Source: Bispira polyomma
Taxonomy: Eukaryota
DNA: 64,000 nt
Assembly: GCA_965649765.1 (NCBI GenBank)
Contig: OZ287751.1
Coordinates: forward strand, 39,184,001 to 39,248,000
Direction: 5' to 3'
A program made the position numbers and the translations under genes. Below are positions 24,255 through 38,119 of this stretch, piece after piece. The notes below the pieces were generated by a model. That model did no database searches and had not been told where the DNA came from. It worked only from the letters and a program-made list of their open reading frames with translations. How positions within the stretch are numbered: position 1 is the first letter of the stretch; every line of letters begins with the position of its first letter.

Positions 24255-25424
24255 TGTACTTGTCTAAAATTGAAAATAAAAAAAATCCTCACTTGCTCAA
24301 AAAAGCCAAAAACGAAGCATCCCTGAAGTTGAAATAATAATGAAGTTGTTGAGTGTACAAGGTTTGAAATTGTTTAAAATTTGACATAAAAGCAGAACCA
24401 GCAATTTTTTTCAAATATAAGCTCTAAATCGCTCTATCTAGCACCATTTCTGAGATAACGGATGTTTTTGAAAAAGACGCAGAAATTTAAGATGGCCGCA
24501 AAAATTGAAATTCCTTTAAAAGTTTACATATAAGAAAAAGCAGCCCTGGTGGTCGAAAATAAGCTTAAAATCACTCTATCTAGCACCATTTCCGAGATAA
24601 TAGATGTTTAAAAAAACCCTGAATTTTCAAAATTTTTAAAATTGAAATTTTTGGTATTAGTAACGATCACATATTTTTGGATAGGGTAAAAAATCAAAAA
24701 AATCAGGCTATTTGCTGCATGTAGTTGTCTAAAATTGAAAATAAAAAAAATCCTCACTCGCCCAAAAAAGCACTTTTTGTCCCGTTTTGTATGATTGATT
24801 TACCCTGTCAATCAGTCAATTATCACAAGATTGATCTAAAAATTTACAGACATGTATGCTTTGGTATTTGCAATATGCATGCCAAATGTCATTGAACTAT
24901 GACAAGTCTTTCAAAAGAAAAGTTAATGAAAGTGCAAGATACAGCAAAATAGAGAAAACTACTCATTTAAAATACTCAGTACTCATTGGGTACTGGACTT
25001 AGAACTTTTTACATCATACATAAAACTAAAAAGTAGATGAATAATTTATACCAAAAAAACGCCGAAATCCCAATAGTTTTCAAAATAGGCAAAAAGTACT
25101 GATTTTTCACATTTCCAAAAAAAATCAAATGGTCGGCAATCATCCGATTAATCTCATCATCCTCACCTGTCCAGAAAATTGAGCCATGACAAATACTTTT
25201 TGAGAAAACCTAATGACAAGCACTTTTACAACCCCAGGGTAACCTGACATTTAAGTATGCCAAAGTTCAAAGCCAAGAATTTGAAAAAAAATTTCCCACT
25301 CCTGGTTAAGAGAACTGCCAAAATAATTTTGATGCAGATAATATTGAAGCAGATATTCAAGGAAGACCATGCGGCGGTGGCGGCAGCAGCGAGAAAACCA
25401 GGGTGCTTTTCAAGGGACGCCTAA
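24255..25424 (-). mobile_element. Third HINE-type copy, inverted, with about 2 satellite units
   Basis: Reverse complement of 17815-19890, including the subTIRs (AAGGGACGC near 25412, AGCATCCCT near 24316). Confidence 0.82.
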
Positions 25425-25856
25425 TTATTTTGTACAAATCAGTGTTCAATGCTTTATGGGACAGTGAATTTTAGATGCTTGGTCAAATTTCTATCTCTAA
25501 GCTGCAGCCACTTTCACCCTATAGATACATTGAACTGGTTCATCTCCATCATTTGGAGTTCCTTTATTAGCAAGTAATACAAAGAAAAGGAAAAGAACCA
25601 TGAAGTTTTTGTAGCTTTATTATTTTTACACTTTTATGAAGGAGTATATACAAATAAGGCATGTATAGACACAGAAAAAGTCACTTTTATGCATTGATTG
25701 CTTTTGTTACAGCTATAATCTTTAGATCAAGGAGAAAACAATACAGGAAGAATAGAAGCAATAATAAGAGGGTGGTGGTGCTTTATGGATATACTAATAC
25801 AGACATTAATAATTAAATGCAATTCTTACATTTGGTGGTTTTTGGTGTTGACACTA

Positions 25857-26029
25857 CAGTAGAACAAACCTCTTATTATCCAAACATGTTGCAAGAGCCA
25901 AATTTTGTTTGGATAATAAAATGTCCATAAATTATTTTAGTATAAAAATTAAAATTTGTCAGAGTGGAACTGTATTCATAAAAGCGGAATAATCTGACAA
26001 TAGAAGTTTGGATAATAGAGGTTCTACTG
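25857..26029. mobile_element. Tc1/mariner (pogo-like) MITE; relatives near 31617-31802 and 39797-40025
   Basis: TA-CAGTAGAAC...GGATAATAGAGGTTCTACTG-TA. Confidence 0.7.
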
Positions 26030-27332
26030 TATCTAGAAGTGGCCTATATATAAAACTAGATTTATGGTATACAATATATTGATTGTCCTAAACAAAACAG
26101 GGCCTGTTATCCTCCGAAGAAGATCAACTCGAGTAAAGGCTATGCGTAACTGCTGTTACAATGTATAGAAATAACCTATACTTGTGACCATTCATTTCAA
26201 TAGAGCTGTCTGTGCTGAATTCAAATATGCAGTCATATTTTGTGCATCTCGCTTCTTGTCAGAGACAGAAAGACCTTATACTATAGGAATAACCCATGAC
26301 AAAGCATGGTATACAGTAATTTTTTACCATGATTGGAGGCGTAGTAATACAAAGGCGAAGCTGGAGTGTTTCTACACTCTAAGTGCTTAAACATGACAAA
26401 ATAAAATTATTACCTGATCGCAGCTGTTTTTTATTCACTGCAAAATTACGTTATTGAAGGAACTATAAGTCTATTTCCACTGGCCATCCAGTATACTATA
26501 GACAAAATTCATCTATTTCCATCTATGGGAAAACGGTTATTTTTACCGAAGCCTAGAACAGGTTTCAGAACAGATTCGAACACCAAAATTACAAAAGCAC
26601 ATGACTTAATTTCTAAAGATTTCATTTTATTATATATAGCAAAAACCTAAACCTAAGGCAAAAACAATTTGCAGTACCACGGTGACTGCTCTGTTGTGAA
26701 TAGAGACACTGTGGAGATAAGAGAGATCGAACCGAGATACCTCAGGATTTAAATGCGTTTCGCATCACCTTTAGTGTCATACTGAGTACTCATTTCAAAA
26801 TCGCCTAAGTGGAACCTAGATGTTAACATTGAGACATCCATAAGATTTTAGACATTTAGGTGCTGCATTGAGGTTGATTCTCTATTTTATTAATATCTCT
26901 CCATGAGACACTACAGTAAAGTACATTCTGTGTAAGGACAATTTTCTGTTCAAATGTACAATAACTCCAATAAGTATACACAAAGCTTCATTGTATGAAA
27001 TCGTCATTAAGAAAAGATTGGTTTTGATGAGTTAGAGAATACATATTAAATTAAGGCCAAACTTGATTTTAAAAGATTTAAAAAGCAAAACCTTTCATAA
27101 CAGCAGAAATAGATTTCTAACAGTGACTATTTACAATGTTTTACATACCTAAAAAATAAGATGGCCAAATGTTTCAAATCAAGGCTATAAAATAACATTA
27201 AAATCACATAATTTACACTAAACACGTATTGCCAAAAGGTTTAAAACATTTCTCTGTACTTGAACACTTGAACCTCTACTATGAGAACATCTACTACCGA
27301 ACATTGGATATTATGAACTCAAAAATTTGTCG

Positions 27333-27552
27333 GCCGTGGTGGCCTGGGGGTTAGAAGCACCTGCTTCAAAATCACTGACCTCTCAGCAATGTTGATTTAA
27401 ATCCAGTTTGTTCCTTCATGTGGAAAAGTTTGTCAGGTACTTACCATAGATCGGTGGGTTACAGTGCTTCAGCACTGGTTTATTCCACCATTGCATCTAA
27501 TATTACGACCTAAGCTTTTAACAACAATGTAAAACCCACGTAAAATTCAATT
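27333..27552 (+). mobile_element. tRNA-derived SINE
   Basis: GGCCGTGGTGGCCT...GTTAGAAGC head, with a body shared with 27730, 36645, 49958 and 51600. Confidence 0.75.
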
Positions 27553-27729
27553 AAAATTTTCCCAAATTGATATTGTTTTCTATTTTAGGAATATTTTATT
27601 ATCTAAAAAGATTATCACCCAGAAAATGTCATAGAAAATACCAATTTTATAACAGGTTGCACAAATAGAGAAGGAGCCATGAATAACTATATCTCTAATG
27701 TGACCTTCCAGTAGTACACTGTTCCTAAG

Positions 27730-27960
27730 GGCCGGGGTGGCCTAGTAGTTAGAAGCGTCTGCCTCATAATCACTGGCCTCTCACCAATGTGGGTTTTGAA
27801 TAGCATTGTTTCCTTTATGTGGGGAAGTTTGTCTGGAACTTGCCGTAGGTCGGCGATTTTCAGTGGCTTGAGCGCTAGTTTTATCTATCATTAAATTTGG
27901 CCGTCGTTATATGACCTAAGCTTTTTAAAAGCGATATAAAACCCAATTAAATTCAAATTT
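27730..27960 (+). mobile_element. tRNA-derived SINE
   Basis: GGGCCGGGGTGGCCTAGTAGTTAG head and AAATTC tail. Confidence 0.78.
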
Positions 27961-28251
27961 TACATTGTTCTCACATTTTGGGCAGAGTCAATTAAACCAG
28001 TAATTATGCACCTTGACTTAAAAAAATCAACACAATTACACATCATTTTTGAGTGATATATGATATACAGCTGTACACCTATACCTTCCAGTAAAATACT
28101 TAAAGACATTATACAACCATTCCATTCCACAATTACAATTACTTGAATGTGTGCTGTATGTGTGCTGAGTACCAGAAACTATGTGCTTTCCAATGGATAT
28201 TGCATCAGTTTAAGTAACTAAAATTAGACTAGCTTCATTGTTTCAAGTACA

Positions 28252-28437
28252 GTGGAAACGCTGGAGGAAACAATGCATACAGTCGGTCAAGGTTCTGCAG
28301 AGAAACCAGCGGCCCACAGTAAGGAACTACCACCTTTCCCACATAGGCATCGACGGGATTCGAACTCATGCCGCCCAGAGGTGAGAGACCAGTGATTGTG
28401 AAGCGCAATGCTTGCTAACCACTAGGCCACCGCTGCC
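28252..28437 (-). mobile_element. tRNA-derived SINE, close relative of the 19947 copy
   Basis: Reverse complement begins GGCAGCGGTGGCCTAGTGGTTAGCAAGCATTGCGCTTCAC. Confidence 0.8.
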
Positions 28438-28689
28438 ACTAAATAAAGGGGTTCAACTGTAATTCTACTTATCAGAGTTCTACTTAAAGGGGTTTAATTG
28501 TACAAGAATAACTGTAGTACATACATCCCTTGTACAAAAACATGTACAGATATCTATAGAAGTCAGTTTCTATGGGTAATTTATACATACAACACATATT
28601 CACGGACACAGACACTGTATGACATGGCATAGGTGTATCATTTCAGCCCTGAAACCTAGAGCTTATTCTCCTTGTTTTGATGATATATG

Positions 28690-30155
28690 TATATGTCACA
28701 GGCCAAATTAAAATCCAGGCGGATTTTAAATCCGCCTAGACTAAATTAAAATTTTGATTTCGCCTAGGCGGAATTAAAATTTCCAAGTTTGTCTTGTAGA
28801 ATTCCAATTTTGTCTTGTAGAATTTTAATCTCGCCTAGGCGGATTTAAAATCTGCCTAGTCCAAATTAAAATTTTGATTTCACCTAGACGGATTTAAAAT
28901 CCGCCTAGGCGAGATTAAAATAGGGGAAAATAAAATTTTAGATTGAGGCAAATTTTAATTATTTCTTTTATGTATGCAGTAAAAGTATGGATAACAACCT
29001 TAAAATTGAATTTATTTTATTTATTTTTAAAGCACTTTCCATTCATGGTTCAAAGCATTAAATCATACATGGAATATTATAGTAACTGCATTAATTAAAA
29101 TGCTGTATACCTGGGTAAAATTTAAACTTAACCACACCAATAATTTTTTTGTTTTGTTTACCCTACACTACATAAAAATCCAATGTTTTTAGTAGCTTAT
29201 TATGTATTATTAGTGTATTATCAGCGTAATATTTCTTATTAGGGGTAGTACATGGGTGTCAAAAGGTTTGGAATTGTATTTATTGGTAAAGTACTGAAGT
29301 ATACAACACAAAAGGATTATTGAAATAATTAAAATAATAACATTTATAGTGTGTCTATTGTTTGTCAGTCTATTATTTGTCTTACCTATTTGACCACCTA
29401 CTGTTAATTGTCATTAATTGGTTTAGCAATTGTCTTTGTCTCAGTACTTCCCCTGATGTCCTTAGCGCCCTGATAGAATGCAAAACACTGTAATTGCAAT
29501 TAATGTTTGCAGTGAAAAATCACATGCCTCACAAAGGGTTATGCCTTTTCAAAAACTCCATAGTGGTAATCCCTAAAGACTTTCTTGGTGCACTGCTCTT
29601 TTATATGTGCCCAGGAATGAATTGGTAGCACTTGGTAGTGTCTGAATTAATGTTTTAAACCATGAATGAAAAGTGCTTTTTGAGAAATGATGTTAATAAT
29701 TAATGCATTTACTTTATTCCATGTATGAATAAATGTTTTAAACCATGAATACAAAGTGCTTTATAAAGAAATAAATGAGTTCAATTTTAAGGCTGTTATC
29801 CATAATTTACTGCATACATAAATAAAATAATTTAAATTTCTCACAATCTGAAATTTTAATTCCCCCTATTTTAATCTCGCCTAGGCGGATTTAAAATCTG
29901 CCTAGGCGAAATCAAAATTTTAATTTGGTCTAGGCAGATTTTAAATCCGCCTAGACGAGATTAAAATTCTATTAGACAAACTTAGAAATTTTAATTCCGC
30001 CTAGGCGAAATCAAAATTTTAATCTCGCCTAGGCGGATTTAAAATCTTCTTAGACCAAATTAAAATTTTGATTTCGCCTAGGCGAGATTAGAATTTTAAT
30101 CTCGCCTAGGCGGATTTAAAATCCGCCTGGATTTTAAGTTGGCCTGTGACATATA
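28690..30155. mobile_element. Foldback-like element with ~400-bp modular inverted arms
   Basis: TATATGTCACAGGCCAA...TTGGCCTGTGACATATA. Arms are built of repeated CGCCTAGGCG(GATTTAAAAT) palindromes, then a unique inverted segment. Confidence 0.85.
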
Positions 30156-31880
30156 TATACATGTGTACATGTAGCAAAATGGAAATACTTGCAGAACCAT
30201 AGAACAAAGGTTTCCTTTATTACATGTGTATCTTCAAATTTGTATGCTTATTTGGGTGTTTGAGTGATTTATAAAAGCATCGCGACTGTATGTACATAAT
30301 ATATGTTTTTTTATACTTCCTTCATTCAACTTATTACAAAAGTCCAATGTAAAACTGAATTAATGAAGCCAGTCTTCCATGAATGTGACTAATCAATGAT
30401 GGATGGGTTAAAATGTGAATGCATACAAACACATACATTAATGCAGCCCTTCACTTAAGGTTGTCGCAATACAGTAGTAGAAAGCTATGTAAATATCTAA
30501 ATTTATTGCTAATTATCCAAACTCATTCTATCATCTGAAATCTATTGCTTGATTTGATGAACTCATTTCCATTCTTCATAAATTTAAGTTTTTCTCATTG
30601 CTTTATAAGGAAGTGCTTTTTCTATTCTATGAACCTTACATTGTGCAAACGAAATCACTGCTTTCCCAACAGATGACACAAATTGTACTTTGTAGTACTT
30701 CACAAGAAACTATCTTGCACAAAGCTTAATTCACTTTCTCCTTCACGCGACTAGTCTTTTTTTGTCGCACTCGATACTAGGTTAGTCTAAAACCTGTCAA
30801 TTACCTGAAGCCTGCGACATAACCAACTTGTAAACAAAGTAAATAAGAAGCGATAAAATTAAATGAACTACTGTATTTCAAATTAACAAAAAAAAATAGG
30901 ATTATTATTATATAAATTACAAAACAAAAAAAAATCTAACAAATTTGGAATTGTTTTAGCCATTTCACACTTTTTACTCTACAAAGCAAGCTCAAAAATA
31001 TGTTTGAACTCATTGGCTTAAAAAAATCACGGTCCTGCTTTGATTACGCTGACCTTATTTTCAGTTAGCCCTGACTTGTCCCACTTATAGGATGAATCAC
31101 AGTTTATGTTATACATGTACATAAATATATTAATGGAATGTCTACGAAGTCAGAGAAACAGAAAGATATTATAGCCTGTTCTCTAATGGAATACATAGAA
31201 ATTAAATAACAAAAAAATACTTACATTATATTCACTATCATCCTTACACTGAGAATTATTATAATTCTTTGAATTTTCTAAGAAAATTACACATTTTGTA
31301 AGAAAAATTCTAAGAATAAAAATTTCTAAAAATTTCTGAGAATGTTTACATTTCCAAAGTAAATGTTGCCAAATTGGGTATTTTAGCTGTGTACAAAACA
31401 GGTAGCATTAATATTTTAGTTGTTGACTTGGGGCTATTGTTTGTGGAAAAGTGTTATTGAAAAAAAGTATTTATATTATAATTTTTTCTCAGTCTTAGAA
31501 ATTTTCTCAGAAAATGCCCATTTTGTAAGAAAATTCAAAGAATAAGAGTAATTCCAATAAGAATAAGAATGTAAATGAACTTGTAAAATGGTAAATGAGT
31601 TTGTAAAATGGAATACAGCAGAACCTCTATTAACCAAAATTATGTTGTCTGAACTTTCAATTTTATGAACACAGTTTCACTCTCCCAATTTTATATTTTC
31701 CTATCGAGTTAGTCTAAAACACATCTTCTATTTTACAAACATTCAATTATCCGAACAAACTTTAGCTCTTGCAGCATGTTCGGATAATGGAGGTTTTCAC
31801 TATATTTGACTGATTTAGAAGTCCGGATAATAATAGAGGGTTGTTTCACTTGTTCAAGTCATGTGATCGGTTGTTGTTGT

Positions 31881-34800
31881 TTACATGTGTATGCCTCCAT
31901 TGACTGTCACTTTAGTATAAGGCTGCTGGTATTGGCGTTTTCTTCTTTTCCTGATCCTCAATACGATGACGACTATGGCCGCGATGCCAATCAGAGCCAC
32001 GACTACTGCAAACACGGCGGTCAAGGCAGTCCTAGACGAGTGGTGTACTTCACAGGCAAAGCTTTCTATAGGCAATGAAAATACTGGCTGATTGGCAACA
32101 GCTTGTGGGGAGGCACATCTACAAGTAAGACAAAAAAAAAACACAAAAACAATACAATTTATTTATTATGGTGACATGTGTATAAACCTAAACAACATGC
32201 AATAAATGTAAAACAGATACAAAACACAACCAGCCCAGCAGAGAGCTTAATATGAGTCACTACAATCAATAATGTGTGTGGTGATACGGAAAATATATAG
32301 AGGAAATATAATCATTAATTAATTTTAAGAATATAAACAAAGGGGAGATATTACAAAGCTAATCAGTCATGTACTAGTTACCTAGAGGGGGCAGTTGGTA
32401 GAGTCCACTACACCTTCACAAAAGCCCAAATTTTATTACTCAATTCTTGGGACGATTTCTAGCTTTCTATCTCCTCTAATTTGCACAGTACTCTACTATT
32501 CTTAGATAGAGGAGTATATAGTACTTGCTGAAGCAAGTATCTGTTACCCTGTGGTATGCAGAAGTATTTTGCATGTTTTAAAGAATTTTAAGTTTATGTT
32601 TACGCCTAATATGTTGCATTCAACACATTTGTATGGCGATGGGAAGTTTATTGATGGAGTGTAGCACATGTAGTTGAGTTGGGCAAGATTTCTAAATTTC
32701 AAACCTCTGGCCTTTTTGACCCCTATCCTCAAATACATGCCATGGCAGAGATTCGAACCTATGACTGTATCATCCAAAGAAAGGTACTTTTATTAGGTGA
32801 CTAATACAGACTATATATAGGACAGGAGACATTACATTACTGACTTGGATACTACTATAAAAGTTCAACTCAAATAATATAACACTGATTTGGGGAGTAA
32901 TAAAGTTGTACTCAAAGATTATGTACTTAATTTCCATGACCACATTTCCTGATTACTAATGGAAGTAAAAAATGACAATTTCACACACTTAAAGAGTTTC
33001 TAAACGAGAATCAACTGTCTACTGTGACATCATTTTTACAAAGATGTAAGCTATCTTCTCAACAAAACATAATGAGCGTGCTTTATAGAGAACACTCAAA
33101 TATACTTCAGATAATTCCTGTTGAGACCATTCAAACCTTGATTGTTTGCCAAGATCAAACTTCTACTTTTCAGCTAGCTAGACCATTGCAAACATTTCAT
33201 GCGAGCTGGTTATTTGCAAAGTACGCTGACTGAGTCATAGTATTCAGTACTTCGAAAGAGCACTTGATTTACATAAGTACCTAAGATCTGAAATAAAGTT
33301 TTTGTGTAGGTAAATAAATGGTTAAAATCAACGTTTTTGAAGTTCAAATATCAGTCTAGTTTGCCAAATCAAAATTTATAAAACCATTATGGCTAACTAC
33401 TACCTATTATAACTAACTAGTTATAAAATTCTACCAAATTTAAAACTACTACTTTTGTTTTTATATAATATTAGTACCACATATATTGTTTTAGCTTACA
33501 CAGATATTTCAAATTTCAGGCTCCACAAAATTCTTTACAGCTAGGTTGCATATTTACAGGCTACAGTTTTACTGCATTAAATTGCCCTCTCACATCCCCC
33601 ATCTAATGAAAATTACTATACCCACTGTAACAAAAAAAAGAAGAGTGCGTATCTGGGGGTGGTGGGGTGGGAATTACGTGAACACTGAAAGCTATTTATA
33701 AAATTACATCGCTGTAATTAAATTTGGAACTATTGTTTTAACAGGATATAGACTTAAATACACATTGGTTTATGTACACATATATCTATCACACTATAAT
33801 AACTACAATTGGTATTGACAAAGTACTAGCAATTTAGACACACAAATGGAGCCAAGATAAGAGACATACACAAGATTGGCCGGCAATGTGTACATACATG
33901 TATACGCAGCTGTCACTGCAAATATCAAGATTTTTTCTGCGCCTAATTGATGGCACACTTGTTAAAATCTTAGTCCGTTTCCAAATTCTAAACATGTTGG
34001 GAAAGGAAAATTTTGTTTATATTATAGAAGGTTCCTTAAGTAGAACAGAGGCATTTTTTTTAACAATGAATATTTCGAATTATAGAATAAGTTTGAGAAA
34101 TACAGGTTCTACTGTAGTGTAAAAGCCTGGACTGTTTCTACCTTACCTGTACCAAATTTGTTTTCATACAAGATTTTGTTGTTTACACCTAAAATAACAT
34201 GTCAAGGATTCATTCCAAACTAAATTTCAAACCAAAAAAGGGAGTTTGGGGGATAAATATCCCCAAATTACACCAAATTTACCTCATTTAATCACTTATG
34301 CAAAATCTCATTAAAATCTCTTGGCGTACAGTAGAATTGCCCCCATAAAAGCTCCGTAACTTACTTGGTATTGTCGTTATCATTGACCAGCTTGATATGA
34401 GGGTAGTTGTCCTCCACCATCCAGGAGTTATTACAGGAGCAGTCCCAGGGGTTGTTCATCAGTGTCAGTTTGTTCAGACATCCCCAGGGCATCTCCTCCC
34501 AGTACAAGCTGGTGATCCGATTGCCGTCCAGATACAGCTGACTCAGTGAGGTCATCTCTGTAAAGGCTGTGGCCTCGACCCACGAGATCCTATTCTTACT
34601 CACATCCAGGTACCTCAGGGTGACATGCAATCCCATCATGTCCTGCCGCGTGATGCGCTCCAGCAGATTGCTGTGCAAGTGCAAAGACTGGAGGTTCTTC
34701 AGGTAGCCTAGTCCAGAGCCTGCGATTACCTGGATCTGATTGCCCGAGAGATCCAGGGTGTGGAGGTGATCCAGCTCGTCTAGTTTGTGAAATATGGGGA

Positions 34801-35380
34801 TGTGTCTGAGAAAGTTATAAGACAGGTTTAGGTAGGCCAGCTGGTTAAGCAGGGCGAAGGCACAGGGTTGGACCTCGTACAGGAGGCATTCTTCCAGGCG
34901 GATCTCAGTTATATTAGGGGTCTGAGTGTGTGAAAAGACGGAATGCTTTAACACATATATAGGGTTCACAGAGAGCTTAATCACAGAGAGTTTCTTCAGT
35001 CCTGCAAATGTTGAATTGGTTAGCCCGGTGATTTCATTGTTTGTCATGTATAAGAAATCCAGATTCACCAGCTTGTCCAGTGCCCCAGATTTGATGTACC
35101 GCACATTGCTGTTCTCCAAGCTCAGTGTCTGAAGGTGAGCATACGGTACTGACTCCAGTACTTCTATGTTGGCCTTGTCTATGTTCAGAACCATGAGAGA
35201 CTGCTGGTAGTTGCTAGGCATCTCGGTGACATTCCCCCCGGAACAGTTTACTGACAGGGTCTTGTTGGAGCAGCTACAATGAGGTACAGGTTCCTTGGGA
35301 CAGAATCCAACCGCAGAACACAACTGGGTGCTTAGAAGTAGAACTACTGTACGGCAGCAGATAAGGAGTGTCCGAGACAT
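31881..35380 (-). CDS. L1: single-pass LRR membrane protein (signal peptide, LRRNT, about 10 LRRs, LRRCT, TM, short tail); exons 35380-34365 and 32118-31881
   Basis: CPKEPVPHCSC cap, LxxLxLxxN repeats, NPWDCSC, phase-2 GT-AG intron into CASP, TM ALTAVFAVVVALIGIAAIVVIVL, RIRKRRKR stop-transfer. An alternative in-frame ATG lies at 35419. Confidence 0.9.
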
Positions 35381-35912
35381 TGTTATGTTGTAGCAACAGG
35401 ACACTTGTCTGACGGCCATGTTATGATGGGTCCTGAAATAAAAAAGAGATACACTGATTATATAGACATTGCAGTGTTTAGCAATAGGACACTTGTCTTC
35501 CAGCCATGTTATAATGGGTTCTGAAATAAAAAAAGAGATACACTGATTATATAGACATTGTAGTGTTGAAATAGAACACTTGTCTGACAGCCATGTTATA
35601 ATAGGTCCCGAAATCAAGGAGATACACTGATCATATATTAGATATTGTAGCATTGTAGTAATAGGACACTTGTCTGACAGCCATGTTATAATGGTTCCTG
35701 AAATCAAGGAGATACACTAAATATGTATTAGACATTGTAGTTTTGTTATAATAGGACACTTGTCTGATGGCCATGTTATAATGGGTCATGCAATGATCAT
35801 ATATTAAGACATTGCAGTTTTGTAGTAATATGACACTTGTCTGACGGCCATGTTATAATGGGTCCTGAAATCAAGGACATACAATGATTATATATTAGAC
35901 ACTGTAGTTTTG
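35376..35912 (-). repeat. ~88-90-bp minisatellite, about 6 copies, spanning the L1 splice acceptor and start codon
   Basis: Minus-strand unit ...TTTCAG|GACCCATTATAACATGGC(C/T)GTCAGACAAGTGTCC...ACAATGTC. The last copy supplies the L1 ATG. Confidence 0.9.
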
Positions 35913-36644
35913 CTTAAAGTTTTACTTAAAAATAATTCTAGCTACTTTAGCTAATGTGCTTTGATGGTAAAAAATATTTCCCACAAAAAGCTTAAATTTC
36001 CGTTTTATATTTTTCAAGTAAAACATGGGTAAAAGATAAATATATGTAGTGCTGTGTCGAGATTGGTGTGAATATTACTGTTGTACAGTGACTTGTTGTC
36101 CCTGGTAGTGTAGTGACGTGACATATCGTGCAGTCGGCATTTTGTAAAGTCCTTTATTCCAGCTAAAATTTCAATTTCTATAAAAACTCCACTGATGGTG
36201 ACTAACTTCTTTAGATTAACATGTGGTTGATCTGTATGTTAGTTTAGACTTTTTTCTGAACAAACATGTAACGTAAAAATACATCACGAGGCACAACCAC
36301 AAGTTCACTGGCACAAACTTCTAACCTGTTTGCATCACATACTATCATTCATTAACCCAGTGTCTGTAATTCTGGTAACAAACCACATCTATAGTTACAA
36401 ATAATGTGCTTCATCTACAGCTGACACACTTTGTTCTTAGCAACTGATAGGGTTCTATTTTCTTGATACAAGACATAAAACGATTGGTCAAAATACCATA
36501 TTTATCCAAATAATTACCCTGTCATAACCCCCACCCCCCCCTGCCACAACTGGTATACTCATTTACTTTTACAAATATAAGATTTGGATGAAATTGTGGA
36601 CCGTATCGGGTGTTAACATTTTAGCATTACTACTTTGAGAGTCA

Positions 36645-36970
36645 AATTTAGAATTTGTTTGGATTTTACATCACTTTCAACAGCTTTGATATAACATACA
36701 GTATGTCATTTTCTGTTTCATGCATCTTAGAATCTGTTAGCACAGAGATAAGTGTTATAAAAGTTAGATCAGATTAGAATTGGTCATATTGCGATGGCCA
36801 GGATTAGTGTTGGGGGAAACCCGTGCTGAAGCACTATAAACCACCAATCTATGGCAAGTACCTGACAAACTTTCTCACATGAAAAAGGAATCTGTGGGAT
36901 TTGATCCCCAGAGGTGAAAGACCAGTGATTTTTAAGCAGACAATTATAAACCACTAGGCCACTGCGGCCC
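36645..36970 (-). mobile_element. tRNA-derived SINE, interrupted
   Basis: Matches 49958-50174 and is the reverse of the 27730 family. Confidence 0.7.
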
Positions 36971-38119
36971 CCCCCCCTCTTTGAGAGTTGAGCTCGCACA
37001 GACACACTATGCTAATTTTTACAAATGTTATATTCGGAGGAAGTTTTATATCGCTTTGGATTAATTTTAAGTGTTTGTGTTTTAGTATATCTACTGCATT
37101 GCGATTTGATATACAAAATGTCAATTTCCATTGAAATATATTATAAAAAATTATCATTTCACATGAACGTATTACAGTTTATTATTTATTCGGCCGTGAA
37201 ATACAATGTTTTGACATGTCATACAGACCAGGATATAAAATGTGTTATATTTACCCAGTGCCTTGACAATATATGAAAATTTGTTCTATATTTTTGGATA
37301 TTAAAGTTTGTAGTAAAGTGGATATTAAAAGTAAAACAACCCTTGTAGTAGTGTATATATCAGAAGATTATATACGACTCAAGAAGATAAAACGCACTGT
37401 TTGTATTCTTTTGTCAATTTTTTTTAATATACCCCACTGGGGTAGTTTTACTGTTATATTTGTTTGGGAAATACAACCCAACTTTAATTGTTGCCCAACA
37501 GATTCAGCCGCCAATATTTGGTTTCGTATAATAACACCCCTCCCCCTTGTAAAATACATTGTCCCCTGGGCATTTATTCAGATACATACGGTATATACTG
37601 TTGGTATTAAAATTGATATACTAATATACATCTGTCTATACTTGAAAAAAAATAAAAAATTGTTGCCTTGTATTTGTTTTCGGAAAAATAAATATCGTCA
37701 CTTTAAGATAAAAAGAAACAAGATTATTCAATTCTTTATATCTAAAAATGACTATTTTGCGTGATACACTTTTTCGATATGAACAGTGGTAGACTAGTAG
37801 TCAGAAGCTTTCCTTTTACAATCATCAGCCTCTTATCTCAACGAACAGGGGGTTCGAATCCCACTGAACGTCCTTCTAAATGTTCGTCAACAGGTTGGTT
37901 GTTTTACAGTACAAATATATTTATTTATTTTCACTTTAATATCACTTTTCACCAACTGTGTCTTTTTTCGTGATGAGCAGTTCATTAATGGAGGAAAGCA
38001 GTATTTGTTTTTAGATTTATACTCAACAGCATATATCTACCATCATCTGCATGGTAATTAACCTCATATATATGCCGTCATCTGCATGGTAATTTACTAT
38101 TTCCTGACTGTAACAGTCA

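Noticed and set aside
35433-35707. N-terminal ~90 aa of the 448-aa ORF as part of the standard L1 protein
   Set aside because: It is translated minisatellite upstream of a clear acceptor. The signal peptide starts at 35380.
37273-37764. 163-aa ORF
   Set aside because: AT-rich, Ile/Lys/Phe-biased, with no motif or splice support.
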